From positions 70,494,001-70,558,000 of the forward strand of contig NC_042997.1 in the NCBI RefSeq assembly GCF_006345805.1: DNA of 64,000 bases. Reading direction: 5' to 3'. Under the pieces are notes generated by a model. The model ran no database searches. It was given only the letters and a program-made list of their open reading frames with translations, and had not been told where the DNA came from. Made by a program: the position numbers and the translations under genes. The DNA is from Octopus sinensis. Lineage: Eukaryota. Positions 26,340 through 39,200 of this stretch are shown in pieces (within the stretch, counting starts at the first letter, position 1; each line of letters opens with the position of its first letter).

Positions 26340-27950
26340 TAAAGGGTAAACTGATAATAATAATGAAGAATAAAATAATAATTTTTTCGTTGTTTTTCTT
26401 TTTTCTCAAGCACAAAGTGTTCGCATTTAAAAAAATCTTTTAGGACAGTACAGGACAAAACAAAGAGTGTTGTTGCCAGGGTCTTGCGTGTAAACTGGGT
26501 AAAACAAATTCAACAATGTGTATTCCTCAATAGGGCGAAGACGTTCTAGGGCTGCTCATGGAAAAACCCTATAAAAACCATCCTGACTTTTGGGGCAGGT
26601 GCCTTTTTTTATTTTCTTTCCTTTACAACGACTACAGGCTTGTGCTCAGGGCAGGCCCGTTCATACGCACCATTCTCGCCACTTTCATCCACCTTCCAGC
26701 AAACTAGCTAAAAGATAACACTTCCCTTTCTATCCCTATATTCATTTTCAAGAGAAAATTGAAGAGGTTGATTAAGGATTGGCCAAAGAGAAAAGTGTTT
26801 GTCTTCAGCCCCTTCTGTCTCATCCACTATACAAACTCTTTTGTCATGGCCACCAACAATATACAGAAAACGTTCCCTTTCCGATTAGAAGAAGACGGTG
26901 GTGCGATATTCACAATAGATTCAGTTGATAGCCGGATCCCTCCTACACGCGACAGCAAGTGTCCAACATAAACTCACAGGTCAGCAATGCTCTGGAACTG
27001 GACAAGACCATGCAAGATCGTCTCGTCGTCCTGCGCATATCTCGGACATGCGCGGCTGACGGGAATTCCGTACCTGTAAAGTTTATCTCGAACCGGCAAA
27101 ACTCCTCGGTAGCACTGCCAGGCCAAAGACTTTTGGAAATTAACCATCGGTCCCGTACTGAAAGTTCTCCGGAAAAGAGCGGCTAGCTGATCTCTGATAC
27201 CCAAGGTCTCCCCAAGAACGCAATCGCACTTTCCCTATTCTATTCTATTATTATTCTCTATAAAAAAAGTCGACGTTCCACCTTTCGCAGTGTCCGACTC
27301 TCTGATGGCAGTGAGCGTTTGAAGATATTCCATTTCACAAATGTCTTCTCTCAGTCTGTTTTACCCAGGTCTGCAGCTCCGTTAAAGGGACTAGCTGTGA
27401 AATACTTGTCTGGCAAACAGCAACCACACCTGTTCACCGTCAAGGAAGCACTGGAGATGTCGTAACCTCAGCGCATATCTGCTCATCTTCAACCACGGCA
27501 TGCCCAGGCCACCAGGCAGCAGGAGTTTACAGCAAATAGTCCACCGGATCATCGGGGAGGGGGGGGGTCCAACCACATAAAGAGGAAGAGTATACTCCAG
27601 CGTAATCAGACGGTAGTAGATGACAGACGTGATGTACACGTTAGCTACCTTTGTTCGACCTTTCAGGGATAGCTTCCTCGGTCCATTTCTGAGTGATAGT
27701 AGACACCTTACTCGTTACCTCGTCGCTGTGTTAGTCCACTTGGAGGTCCAGGCCAAACCAGACCCCGAGGAATTTAACCGTTCCGTCTGCCCAGCGCCCA
27801 TTGATGCAGTTGGACGGCATGGACAGGTTTTCCAGGTGCCGAGCCGCAAGGCCACTGACATTTACCGGTTAAATGCCACTCCTGATGCCGGTGCCGGTCA
27901 TTTCCATGTGTTTATGATCCGACACCACTACGTTGGTTGCTTTTATACAA
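26340..27950 (-). mobile_element. Tx1/L1-clade LINE, 5'-truncated 3' portion, degenerate
   Basis: Minus strand: VKFLGVWFG..KLSLKGR..ANVYITSVIYYRL..GGLGMPWL..LRLRHL..LAWQCYRGVLPVRDKL..ACPR..ETILH..RWMKVARMVRMNG, then 3' UTR and ATT-rich tail. Confidence 0.85.
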
Positions 27951-28314
27951 CAATTTAATCAAATGGTTGCAACTTAAAAGCCTTTCGTAGAACCTATTCA
28001 CTAGTTTATCAGCAATCATTAAAATGCATAAAGCTTCCTCAGGACAGAGATTGCAAGATCTTGAAATCTATCTAGATATGCATTGTTTATTATCGACCAT
28101 GTGATGTAGTATAGCACTCTACCTTCCTTGAGTTTCCTAACCAGGTCAGCGGGTGATATGCAATGTTTCCAATTAATGCTTTTGAATAATGCAATATAGT
28201 TCCGATATCGATTTTTTAAGGAACCTGCAGTCGCATCACTATATACAAATACATCTACTAGTGTACGCACTATACATGTGTATATTACGTCCTCCGAAGG
28301 CATTCATTTTTCAG

Positions 28315-28400
28315 AAGACATGTGTTGCTTGTCATCAAACTACAATTGCTTACCACACTGTTTTCCAAATTGTTGTGACCTGTCTTTCTTCTATTCTTAA
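28315..28400 (+). CDS. Candidate terminal exon encoding a Cys-rich peptide (E)DMCCLSSNYNCLPHCFPNCCDLSFFYS*
   Basis: ttcatttttcag acceptor, phase 1; six Cys in 18 codons (CC-x6-C-x3-C-x3-CC); AATAAA ~460 bp downstream. No upstream exon linked. Confidence 0.25.
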
Positions 28401-29740
28401 TTATATCTTTTTTTCTGTATTTATTCTTAGATCTCTAAACGTATCCTTCATTTCCATCCTTGTTGCTGTTTCTAGTTCTACTATTATTGAGATTTTCAGC
28501 GTATCTATTTTTACTCATATTATTCTTGCCATTGCCTCTCTATCTTATAATTATTTGGATGAGCTTGATTCATTTTTTCATAGCCATTACCATTTGTATT
28601 AGATAGACCATTTCTATCTTTTTCCCCTCTAATTATGTTAGGCGACGCCTAGATTATCTTTCTATTATTAAGTTTATGAATCTAATAACCTCCGTTATTA
28701 GCAGTAGAGTATGATAATTAAACTACACGCTTGTCAAAAACTTTGTGGAATTTGTTAGATTTTATATTCTACACCTTGGATATAAAATAATGATCCCAAA
28801 ACATCTTACCTATACATGACAGGTGTAAGAATGCGTCGAAACGATTGTCACGACTTTAATAAAGACTATCGATAATTCCATTTTACTTCACTTGTGTGTG
28901 TATATATGTATATATATATGTATCCATGCATGTATGTTTGAATATATGTATGTATGTTTGTATGTATGTATCTATACACACACACATACTCACTCACACA
29001 CAGAGAATAAGTATCATATATTTTGCATAGAATAATATGATTTTCAGGTATATAATGATTACTGATTGTACGCGTTCCTGGGGTATTGTTGATATGCATA
29101 CAAACAGCACACACATTCACGTACACACGCGCACACACGCAAGCAAATACACACACAAACAAATATATATAACATATACTTACGACACTGCATGTGTATG
29201 TGTACAGACGTTTGTGTGTGTGTGTGTGTGTGTGTATGTGTGTCTGTGTGTCTGTCTGTCTGTATATATGTATGTGTGTGTGCGCGCGTGTGTGTGAACG
29301 AGCTTGAGTATATGTGGATGTATGATTGCTTACCAATTTTGGGGTTTGGGTATAGGGCATACTGGTACACCTAACCTTTTGAAGAATCTGAGGCCATTTT
29401 GAATGTGACTTTTCAAACTCTCGTCTCTGAAGCACACGAACAACGTATGACACACCTGAAGGATACAGTATAGTATGACACACTATAGAAGTTTGTCACA
29501 TGCTGACTACAGCAATGACATCATAATGATCACAATTGGTTATACTATGTTTCCCAGAAGAGGAAACTCTGATTAGGCTATATTCTTCACTTGAAAAACT
29601 ATTCCTATTAGTTAGGCTGTTGTGTTCATTGTGAAAGGCAACATTGCAACAACCTTTTCCTTTTCCTCATTGCCTTATCATTTCCTGCACGAATGAAGAG
29701 AGATATTTCCAACAAAACAATATCAAGTCGTTTTAGATAT

Positions 29741-30800
29741 CACCTTAACCGACCAATCCGTCGGCGTCCATTTGATACCGCTGGTCACAGCACACTGTCC
29801 ACTCCTCTCTGGATCGCGCCTTTCTCATCCATGTGATCCCAATGGCCCTCCTGAAATCGTAAGTCCATCGTTGTGGAGGCCTTCGGAGTGGTCGTTTTCG
29901 CTCGCGCGGGTCCACCGATTATCGGTGAGCCGAGCGACGTGTCCAACCCATCTAAATTTGCTGCGTGCATATTCTACGATGATATCCTTCACGCCGGACT
30001 TCTCTCTGATGACCTAGCTACTGATGTGCTCTCTCAACGAAATTCCAAGCATTGACCTCTCCATGGCTCTTTGAGCCGTTACCAATCTCTGTTCTTCTCT
30101 CTTTGCTGTGGCCCATGTTTCACTACCATATAACATTTCAGGTAGAACTATTGAGGAGGTTGGTGCGGGTGGTCTTGTCCAACCTTCCCTTGAGCACATC
30201 CCTTATGCCATTAAACGCCTTCCATCCGGCCCTTACTCTCCGTGAGATCTCCTTTTCGATATCTCGGCACATATTCACTCCCTGTCCCAGGTAGACATAT
30301 TCCTTTACCTCCTCTATTTCATCACTGCCGATCACCATTCGACCTGTTGGTATGTTGTCTAACACAACTGCTTGAGCGAGCGAATTAGTACAAGCTGCCT
30401 CTTTGCGTTGCGTTTGTAGACTATGAGAAGTCCTTCGACAACGCAGTGCTGAACTCGCTGCAGAAGCAAGGAATCGAGGCGTAATATGTGCAACTGCTCA
30501 GGGAGGCAAATTCAGGATGCACCACCGACATAACTCTGCTGTCATCACCTGTACGAGTGCCGGTCGAGAAGGGAATTTAGTAAGGTGATACGATCTCTCC
30601 AAAGCTTGTCACCGACCATTTCTCGAGCAGATCATCAGAGGCATCGACTGGCAAGGCGGTGTCAACATCAATGGCGAGCTACTCACCCACCTCCGTTTCG
30701 CTGATGATATCGTGATCATCGCTGAAACCACGGATCAGCTTCAGACCATGCTGACAGAGCTCGACATCAAAAGTTCTTCAGTAGGTCTCAAGATGAACCG
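29741..30800 (-). mobile_element. RTE-clade LINE, 5'-truncated with inverted 5' segment
   Basis: Minus 30360-29741: DNIP..YVYLGQ..RRVRAGW..VLPEMLYGSETW..QRAMERSMLG..RW.GHVAR. Plus 30361-30800: LERA..AFVDYEKSFD..GDTISPKL..HLRFADDIV..GLKMNR. TSD TTTAGATAT at 29732-29740 and 30801-30809. Confidence 0.94.
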
Positions 30801-31804
30801 TTTAGATATATTTCATTTAAATTTTATCATTTAAATAAATTTGGAAAGCCATTGAAACATTAAACTTTAGGTATTGAATATTATCAAGCCTTCAGTGAAA
30901 TAAACTAAATGTTTTGTCGATATGTGCAAGGTCGAAAAGTCCTAAGATCAAAAGTGCCCAAACCATGGAATTTAAGTCTGTCTCTATTCGTATTATCTTT
31001 CCATTGTATTGGGTGATCGTGTAGAGGCTTTATCGAGGGATAGTCAACGGATTCCTTGAATTAGTTGCTAAATTTAATCACAAATGTATTCTTTCTAAGT
31101 CTGAGATATACGCTCCCCGCAAATTGAGTTCAAGTTTCTTCTTCAGGACTTGTTTATAATGATTTTTATATAACAACTTATGGGTGTGATTGGGAAATGT
31201 CGAGCCATATAAAAATTACCCTATATATCTTGGCGATTTATTCCTATAGGAATCATCAATTTTTCAAAACATTACTCTGTCGGACTTTAGTCTTTCGATA
31301 ATGCAATGTCCATGGAAGCAGACCTAGAACCGGGCCTCCAAAACTGTTGGGAGAAACGTATCCTCAACAGAGAAACCTAACACAAATGCTTGCAATAGAG
31401 CTGAATCCACTAAAGACGCTAAAATAACCTTGCATTCGTGTTAAATCTGGCAGTAGTTTCGGTTTACCACCTAATTATTCAATGGCATGATCAGAGTTCA
31501 GAACACAGACAACTGCGACAGACACCACAAGGTATCCAGGCCAAAGTTCTTACAGATTCGCCAACCCATCTTCTTAGATTTGTACTTTTTCATTGACTCA
31601 GAAAACGTGAAAGGTGAAATTGACCTCGATGAAATTTCAAATTAGAGTTGGAAAAATATTTCAAAGCTTAAGCCATTTTACATTATTTTTAATTTTGTCT
31701 ATCTTATTTAGGATCCTCTGTTTTCGTCATACTCACGTTCTATATTTTAAGGCCTCTCCTCTGTTCTATGTTTTTTTTTATTTTGCTGGTTTATTCAGTT
31801 ATCT

Positions 31805-32043
31805 ACGACGGGCTTCTTTCAGTTTCCGCCTACCAAATCCACTCACAAGGCCTTGGTCGGCCCAAGACTATAGAAAAAAGGCACTTGCCCAAAGTGCCAC
31901 GCAGTGGGACTGAACCCGGAACCATGTAGTTGGTAAGCAAGCTACTTACCACACCACACAGCCACTCCTGCGCCTATAGCTACTTACCACACAGCCACCC
32001 CTGCGCCTATGGCTACTTACCACACAACTACTACTGCGCCTAT
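31805..32043 (-). mobile_element. SINE family 1, 5' half with triplicated head
   Basis: Reverse complement of head and body; unit gctacttaccacac.gccac.cctgcgcctat occurs three times at 31941-32043. Confidence 0.9.
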
Positions 32044-32798
32044 AGAAAATATATATAATTAAAATCTCGACACCTCAACACTATTTACCAGAATGTTTGG
32101 TTAGTGGCTTAGTGACATATATTTCTTGCTGATTACATTCGTTCCCTAACTTTTCCATCAATGAGACAGTAAATTTAGTATAGATAATAAGTTGGCTTTG
32201 AAAAATATATTCTTCGTCCACTAAAGCAGTTGCCAAATTTTTGCGACATAACGCTGGAAATAATTTCGTCCTCAACAGCGGGAAATACGAGAAAGATATT
32301 CTACATAATATAAAGCCGTGTAGAATATGCAGTAGTCTCTAGACAACCATCTCATACAGGTCAGCGTCTGGATCATTGTTTAACATAGTTTATGTATTAT
32401 TTACGAAATTATGTCAATGAAATGTAAAGGTTTGAAATCAGGTAATATTCTTCTAAACAAAATCCATATTACTGCAAATATGAATACGAAATGGTTACAA
32501 CTAAAAACATCTTCAAGTTTAGACGAGAGAATAATTCCTATATTGATGGCATACTCAAAAGAACTATATGTCAAAAGACAGATAAAACATCTGTGCTCCA
32601 GGAAAAAATCATAGTAGAAATTTCTGAAATGAAAATATTGTTATTTGCATTGAAACATGCACAAAAGTAAAGCTGTTGGTGAATTTGAGGTGCATATATA
32701 AATATACAAACAAACATAAAGAAAGCCACATATGTTTATGCAAAAGAAACACATATACACAAACACACAGATATCTACATATATATTTATGTGAATGT

Positions 32799-32829
<31 letters not shown>

Positions 32830-33184
32830 CGTGCGTAAGTGTGTGTACTATACATGGCATTGCAAGCATCCAAGTTTGAGTGTGTGCTTATGTTTGTATT
32901 TGTATCAGATTAGCAGCTAACATAGATATTCATTTAACGTTTTTAAACAAAGAAACACAAAATCAGCAATAATGTATGAATACATAGCACAAACATCCAC
33001 AGATGAACCTATATATGTATATACACACATATGCATATATATATATATGTCCATAAATACAAATATATACATATACGTATATATATATATATATATGTGT
33101 GGGTATATATATATATATGTATATATAATGTGTATATGCATATATATGAATACATATATACATACACATACACATACACATATG

Positions 33185-33237
<53 letters not shown>

Positions 33238-34413
33238 TATATATATACATACATATGTATACGTATATATGTACATACATCCATACATTATATATGTATA
33301 TCTATACGTGTGTTTGTGCTTGTCTGAATCTTTGTGTGGGTAATTCTATATGCTTGTATATGTACACATACATACACACATGTACATACACACATGCATA
33401 CATACATACATACATACATACATACATACATACATACATACATACATACATAACAGTATGCATGCAAACACGGGAATAAAGATGAAAAGAGGCGATAGAA
33501 GCTTAAGAAGAGAACTGAAGGTGGGTACGGAAATAACAACAACAGCAACAGCAACGTGAACAGAAAATAACAAACAAGTAAGGAAGTATGTAATGCGAGA
33601 CGCCTTTTTGAAGCACAAAATAATTATTTTGATGGCTCTCTGAATATTTCAGTGTCTAAATATCTGAAAATTGATCCGAAATCTCTGTATTTACGATAAA
33701 GTGCATCAAGCAAGTCTGGTGAATTATTGTTTTGGTTTGTACATTTTTTAATTTTATTTTTGTTATATTTATTTATTTATTTTTGTGGGGTGGCGTTGCT
33801 TCACTCCCTACGCCGTGCGGTGACGATAAGAATTAGAACCCCGTTTCGTTTTCTAAACACTAAAAAGGCCCAGCGGAAACACCTTGATACGTTCCAGATG
33901 CAAATACGTGCCTTGTTATAGAAGGAATAAAAGAAGCAGGACTTTGTAATCAAAGAAAAAGTATATAAAAATGAACTCCCTGTGATACGATAGTGTGGCG
34001 CTGATGGTGATGGTGGGAGTAGAGTCTAACGTGGTGCCGGGAGCTTGTGATGGGGGTAGGAGTGACTCAAGTAAATATCGTTGCCGAACGATTTGTTTTT
34101 AGTTTATTAATAATCTATAATGTGTTGCTTGTTTTAATTCATTTATGTTAATTTTGTTTACTCTGATGTAATATCTTTAGTGAATTATTGTTGTTTGTGG
34201 TGTTGAGATGGTAGTGGTATGGTGAGGGAGGTTCTTTGTTTATCAATAACAGCAGGGACCAGAAGAATGCACGAACTTATGTGTATCTGTATGTAAGTAC
34301 AGATATAGATATAGATAGATATACATAAACACATACACAACACACACACAAACAAGCATACTCATGCACATATATTGGTACATCTTAATTTCCTCTCCTT
34401 TCTGATCATCACA

Positions 34414-34450
<37 letters not shown>

Positions 34451-35077
34451 CACACACACTAAGGTGATGATCAGAGGGGAGAGGAGGTTAAGAAATACCA
34501 ACGGGAATTTAAGGTTCTCATATAGATTTTGTAGAGCGAAGTACTGTAAATTAAGAAATACACAACAAAATGGATAAGTGAAAGAAAGAAAGAAAAGAAA
34601 AGAAAAGATAAGAAAAAGCAGCTATGGATAGACAGAAACAAAGATAGATCTAAAGAAGTGAGATAAAATATAATGATAGGCAACGAGAATAGTTAAAGGG
34701 AAAAATGAATAATTGTGTATAAAGTATATTACGTATTATAAAAACATAGTTTGGTGTAACTCTCCATACATGTGTGTGAATCTCGTCAAATGATAGAACT
34801 AACTCTAACAGAAGAATGATGAACGGAAATAGGGTAAAAGAATTACTCACTAAAAATTCTGAGGATTAATTATAAAAGTAATAAAGAATATAATATCCAA
34901 CCAGAACGAAAGAACTGTAGTTCCTAGTAAATAAACAAAAACAAAGAAAATAAAATGAATATAGATAAATCATATTTATATTGTAAAAGCTGTTATGACT
35001 GAGGTAAGAAATATATATATATACATATATATATATACATATATATATATATACACATACATATATATATATAAACA

Positions 35078-35386
35078 TGTGAAGGCGCATGGCTCAGTGG
35101 TTAGAATGTCGAGCTTACGATCACGAGGTTGTGAGTTCTTGAGCAAGACACTTTATTTCACGTTGCTCCAGTTCACTCAGCTGTAGAAATGAGTTGCAAT
35201 GTCACAGGTGCCAAGCTGTATCGGCCTTTGCCTTTCCCTTGGATAATATCAGTGGTGTGGAGAGGGGAGGCTGATATGCATGGGCGACTGGTGGCCTTCC
35301 ACTAACAACCTTGCCCAGACTTGTGCTTCGGAGGGTAACTTTCTAGGTGCAATCCCATGGTCATTCATGACCGAAGGAGATACCCC
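35078..35386 (+). mobile_element. tRNA-derived SINE family 3
   Basis: A-box TGGCTCAGTGG and partial B-box GTGAGTTC, followed by cttgagcaagacactt..ttgctccagttcactcagctgta; embedded in (TA)n. Confidence 0.75.
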
Positions 35387-36127
35387 TCAATATATAAACA
35401 TATGCATTTCATGTATATAACTTTTGTTTTGCAAATATATATATAATTTATGCTTTAATTTTGTAGTAGCAGTAGTAGTAGTAGTAGCAGTAGTAGCAGT
35501 AGTAGTAGTAGTAGTAAACCTTTGTTTAATTTGAAGTTCATATACTTTGAAATTTGTCTTCACAATATTTTGAATATTCAGACCAATGTGTGTTTTATGT
35601 CTGTATGTGTGTAAACATATACATATTTATACACACACATATATATATATGTATATATATATATATGTATATATATGTATATATATATATATGAATATAT
35701 ATATATATGATATATACAATAGATGTATATATACGCACATATATACATATAAGTGTGCGTGTTTGTGTGTATGTGTATACATGTTCACATGTGCCTTGTA
35801 TACATGTGTATTTTCATATACATATATATGTATATGTATATACATATTTATATGTGCGTATACATATAGGTATATATACATATATAAGTATGTACTAATG
35901 TGTAGCTATGTGTATGTAGACACACACACTCACACACATACACACACACACCCACACACGCACACACACACACACACATACACACATGATCTTTTCAGCA
36001 GCCCCTCCCACGCTGCTCTGATTGATGTGGTTACTGTTCAGCTTGAACATCTGCTGTGCAATGTTGGAAAAGAGGAAAGGTAGGCGTTGACAGTGAAGGT
36101 ATAATAATGATTTGTATTCTTGCCCAG

Positions 36128-36245
36128 AAAACACGAGAAGACTGCAGAACCAAAGGTACGAAATCTTGAAGGACAAACATATTATGAGTGACAGAAGGAG
36201 GAGCGCCGAATATGACGTACGGAACTGGGCGGAGACTTTTAGCAG
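36128..36245 (+). CDS. Candidate internal exon (E)NTRRLQNQRYEILKDKHIMSDRRRSAEYDVRNWAETFS(R)
   Basis: ttgtattcttgcccag acceptor, AG|GTAGTG donor, open frame, GC-balanced island; product unrecognised. Confidence 0.25.
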
Positions 36246-36539
36246 GTAGTGAGTTCAGAATTATAATTATCGTCATTATATGCCTACGCATAATAGTTTA
36301 CTGTTGAAACTCAACCCGACTAGAATTACCTCTCACTACCTGGAAGAGATTAACTCAAATATATACAATTTATGTAAGATAAGCTCAAAACTATCGAATC
36401 TTACACTAACGTAAAAGATGCCAAAACATTTACTGGTGGATTGTTAGTTCAGTGCTTATTATGCTTAAAGGTTATAGACTGAATGTTGCATTTTTTGGTG
36501 ATCTTTACATAGATAAATATATGAATAAATAGATAAATA

Positions 36540-36606
36540 AATAAAGAAAGAAAGAATGAAAGAAAGATAGATAGATAGAAAGAAAGAAAGAAAGAAAGAA
36601 GAAGGA

Positions 36607-36638
<32 letters not shown>

Positions 36639-36720
36639 AGGAAAGATAGAAAGAAAGAAAGAAAGAAGGAAAGATAGAAAGAAAGAAAGAAAGAAGGAAA
36701 GAAAGAAAGAAAGAAAGAAA
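36540..36720. repeat. (GAAA)n tetranucleotide array
   Basis: Read directly from sequence. Confidence 0.95.
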
Positions 36721-37131
36721 TACTGTTCTTGTTTCTGATGATGTTTAGTGCAAGACCAACCCTGATAAAGCGCCCGTTAAATCAAAGACTTTTTAACTTT
36801 AAGAGTACTGTTCTTCTCTATAACAAAGAGCAATTGTGTTCTTTTTTAAGGCTTGAGGATATAATGTGATTGATACTTGTCTGTTATTTCTAATAAGACA
36901 AGTACCTGTAGAGGTTCATATATGCAAGAGGGCGGTGGGTTGATATCAATGAAAGAGTACGGAACAAAATGCCCTTTGATATTTATTTGCGTCTATTAAT
37001 GATATCAGTTTCGGCAATGGACAAAACATGTTTGTCTTTTATTAAAATATCGATACCGTACTAACTGATATTTTTCTCCCTCCAAATTAATCGATTTACT
37101 TTCAGCAAATGCAAATAATTACGTGTGTGTG

Positions 37132-37163
<32 letters not shown>

Positions 37164-38296
37164 TTGTGTGCCTGTTTGTGCGCCCGTGTGTGCGCTCGTG
37201 CATTTCTGAACATACATACCAAAATGAATCTTCCGTCCATTTTAGTGTGGAACATTCGATTATTCGATGTTAGAAATTGATATGATTATCAAACGGTCGG
37301 GTGAATAAAGATTGAGTGAAATATCATCAACATTATAATTTTCCATTGTTAACACAAGGTTTGTTGTCTAAGACAGGGAAAAATGATCGAACATATCTCA
37401 GATACTCAAGGCATCTCTGCGTCAGCGATCTGCTCTTATAAATCTTCCGTCTCCACTTCCAACTGAAAGGATACAGCAACGAGTAACTCAATCTTGGCAT
37501 TGATCAAATATTACTAAAAGCGTGTGCAATCGTTTAATTAATTCCGCCCTTTATATTGTGTGTATGCTAAGACTTTACTATGAAGTCTTAGCATCACTTG
37601 TTGAAGATGTATTTGTATTTCCAAACCACAAATATACAAGAAATTTTAATTCATGGCAAACTATGAGATACATTTATGAACAGTACATTTTTGCCGCTTT
37701 CTGTAGTACTATGTACCACGTACATCATATTATCAGTTGGATGAAAGAATAGTGGAACTTGGTTACGTATATACACTGTCAAGTACTAGACATGACCTAT
37801 TCCTATATATTTCATTAATCTGGTACCAAAGTATCTTAATCCATATTTAGTATCGCAAGGAAAATAGGCAAATGCGAACTGATTGTGATATGAATTACAG
37901 CACGTTCAGTTCATGAACACTTCAGAGTATCAATACTGACTCTGTAATATTAGTGAATGCACCCTCTCCTGTAGAATGTACGTTTATAACCTCCTCATTA
38001 CGGATTGTAAAGGGTCAAATCTAAAAACAGCAAATGGTTTTCTGGACTTTCTTCCAATTCTGAACATTTGTCATTTTCGAAGAAGTTCTAAATAAGAAAA
38101 TTGAGAGTTCATAGATGAGTGATAACATTAGATGTGGAGGAAATTATGTAATTTTAAGAATTAAAACCATAAGGATCGGATAGGAGGGTTGAATTACTTA
38201 AAATGTATGTTATAGTCATGAGTTATCTTTGAATGTTCAGTGAAGATAGACTGCGAACCAAAGGGATTTTCGGGTTGAAGTTATGCTTGTATTATA

Positions 38297-38671
38297 CTAG
38301 CAGCTAAGCCCGGTTTCATCTTGTCTGTTTGGATGATGTGGCTGTGATCGTTTTCGTTTAGGCATAATCTATAACAGCTTTTCTCAACCTTATAATTTCG
38401 GGTCCCCTGTTTCGATTGGAGCGTCCAGCTATATGAAAATTCCCTGATTCACCCCCATTCTTGCCAGAAAACAGCTTCAGGAGTTGTGAAAAACGAATTT
38501 GTACATAGTCTGTTTCTGAGAGTTATTCTATTGGACCTCTGTCTAATCATTAAAACATTTATTTAATTATGAACATAGAAAGAAATTATACATTAATCCC
38601 TATTTTTGTAAGCAGTTGTATCCATAAAAATATTATTTGCAGAGAGCAGAAATTGAAAGAAGACATATGAA

Positions 38672-38754
<83 letters not shown>

Positions 38755-39200
38755 CGTGCGTGCGTGTGTGTGCGTGTGTGCGTGCGTGCGTGGTTACGCG
38801 TGTGTATGTGAGAGAGAAAGAGGGTGGTAAAGAGAGAGTGAGTGAAGATGTGTGTCATGACTGAGGTATTTGTACGTAGTCTGTTTCTGAGAGCTATTCT
38901 ACTGGACCTTTGTCTAATCATTAAAAGATTGATTTAATTATGAACATAGAAAGAAATTATACATTAATCCCTATTTCTGTAAGCAGTTGTATCCGTAAAA
39001 ATTTATTTGCAGAGAGCAGAAATTGAAAGAAGATATTTGAAATGGACGTGTGTGTGTGTGTGTGTGTTTGTGCGTGCGAGCCTCTGTGCTTGCACGTGTG
39101 TATGTGAGAGAGAAAGAGTGTGATAAAGAAAGATAGAGTGAGCGAGTGAGGGTATGTGACGTGATGATTGACGTCTTTTAAGGTAAAGCCCACAAAGAGG
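38297..39200 (-). mobile_element. Non-autonomous Helitron-like element with internal tandem duplication (38501-38871 / 38872-39165)
   Basis: tactagcag...gcccgg terminus like those at 6784 and 44647; duplicated ~300-370 bp unit, each copy carrying a (GT)n. Far end uncertain. Confidence 0.6.
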
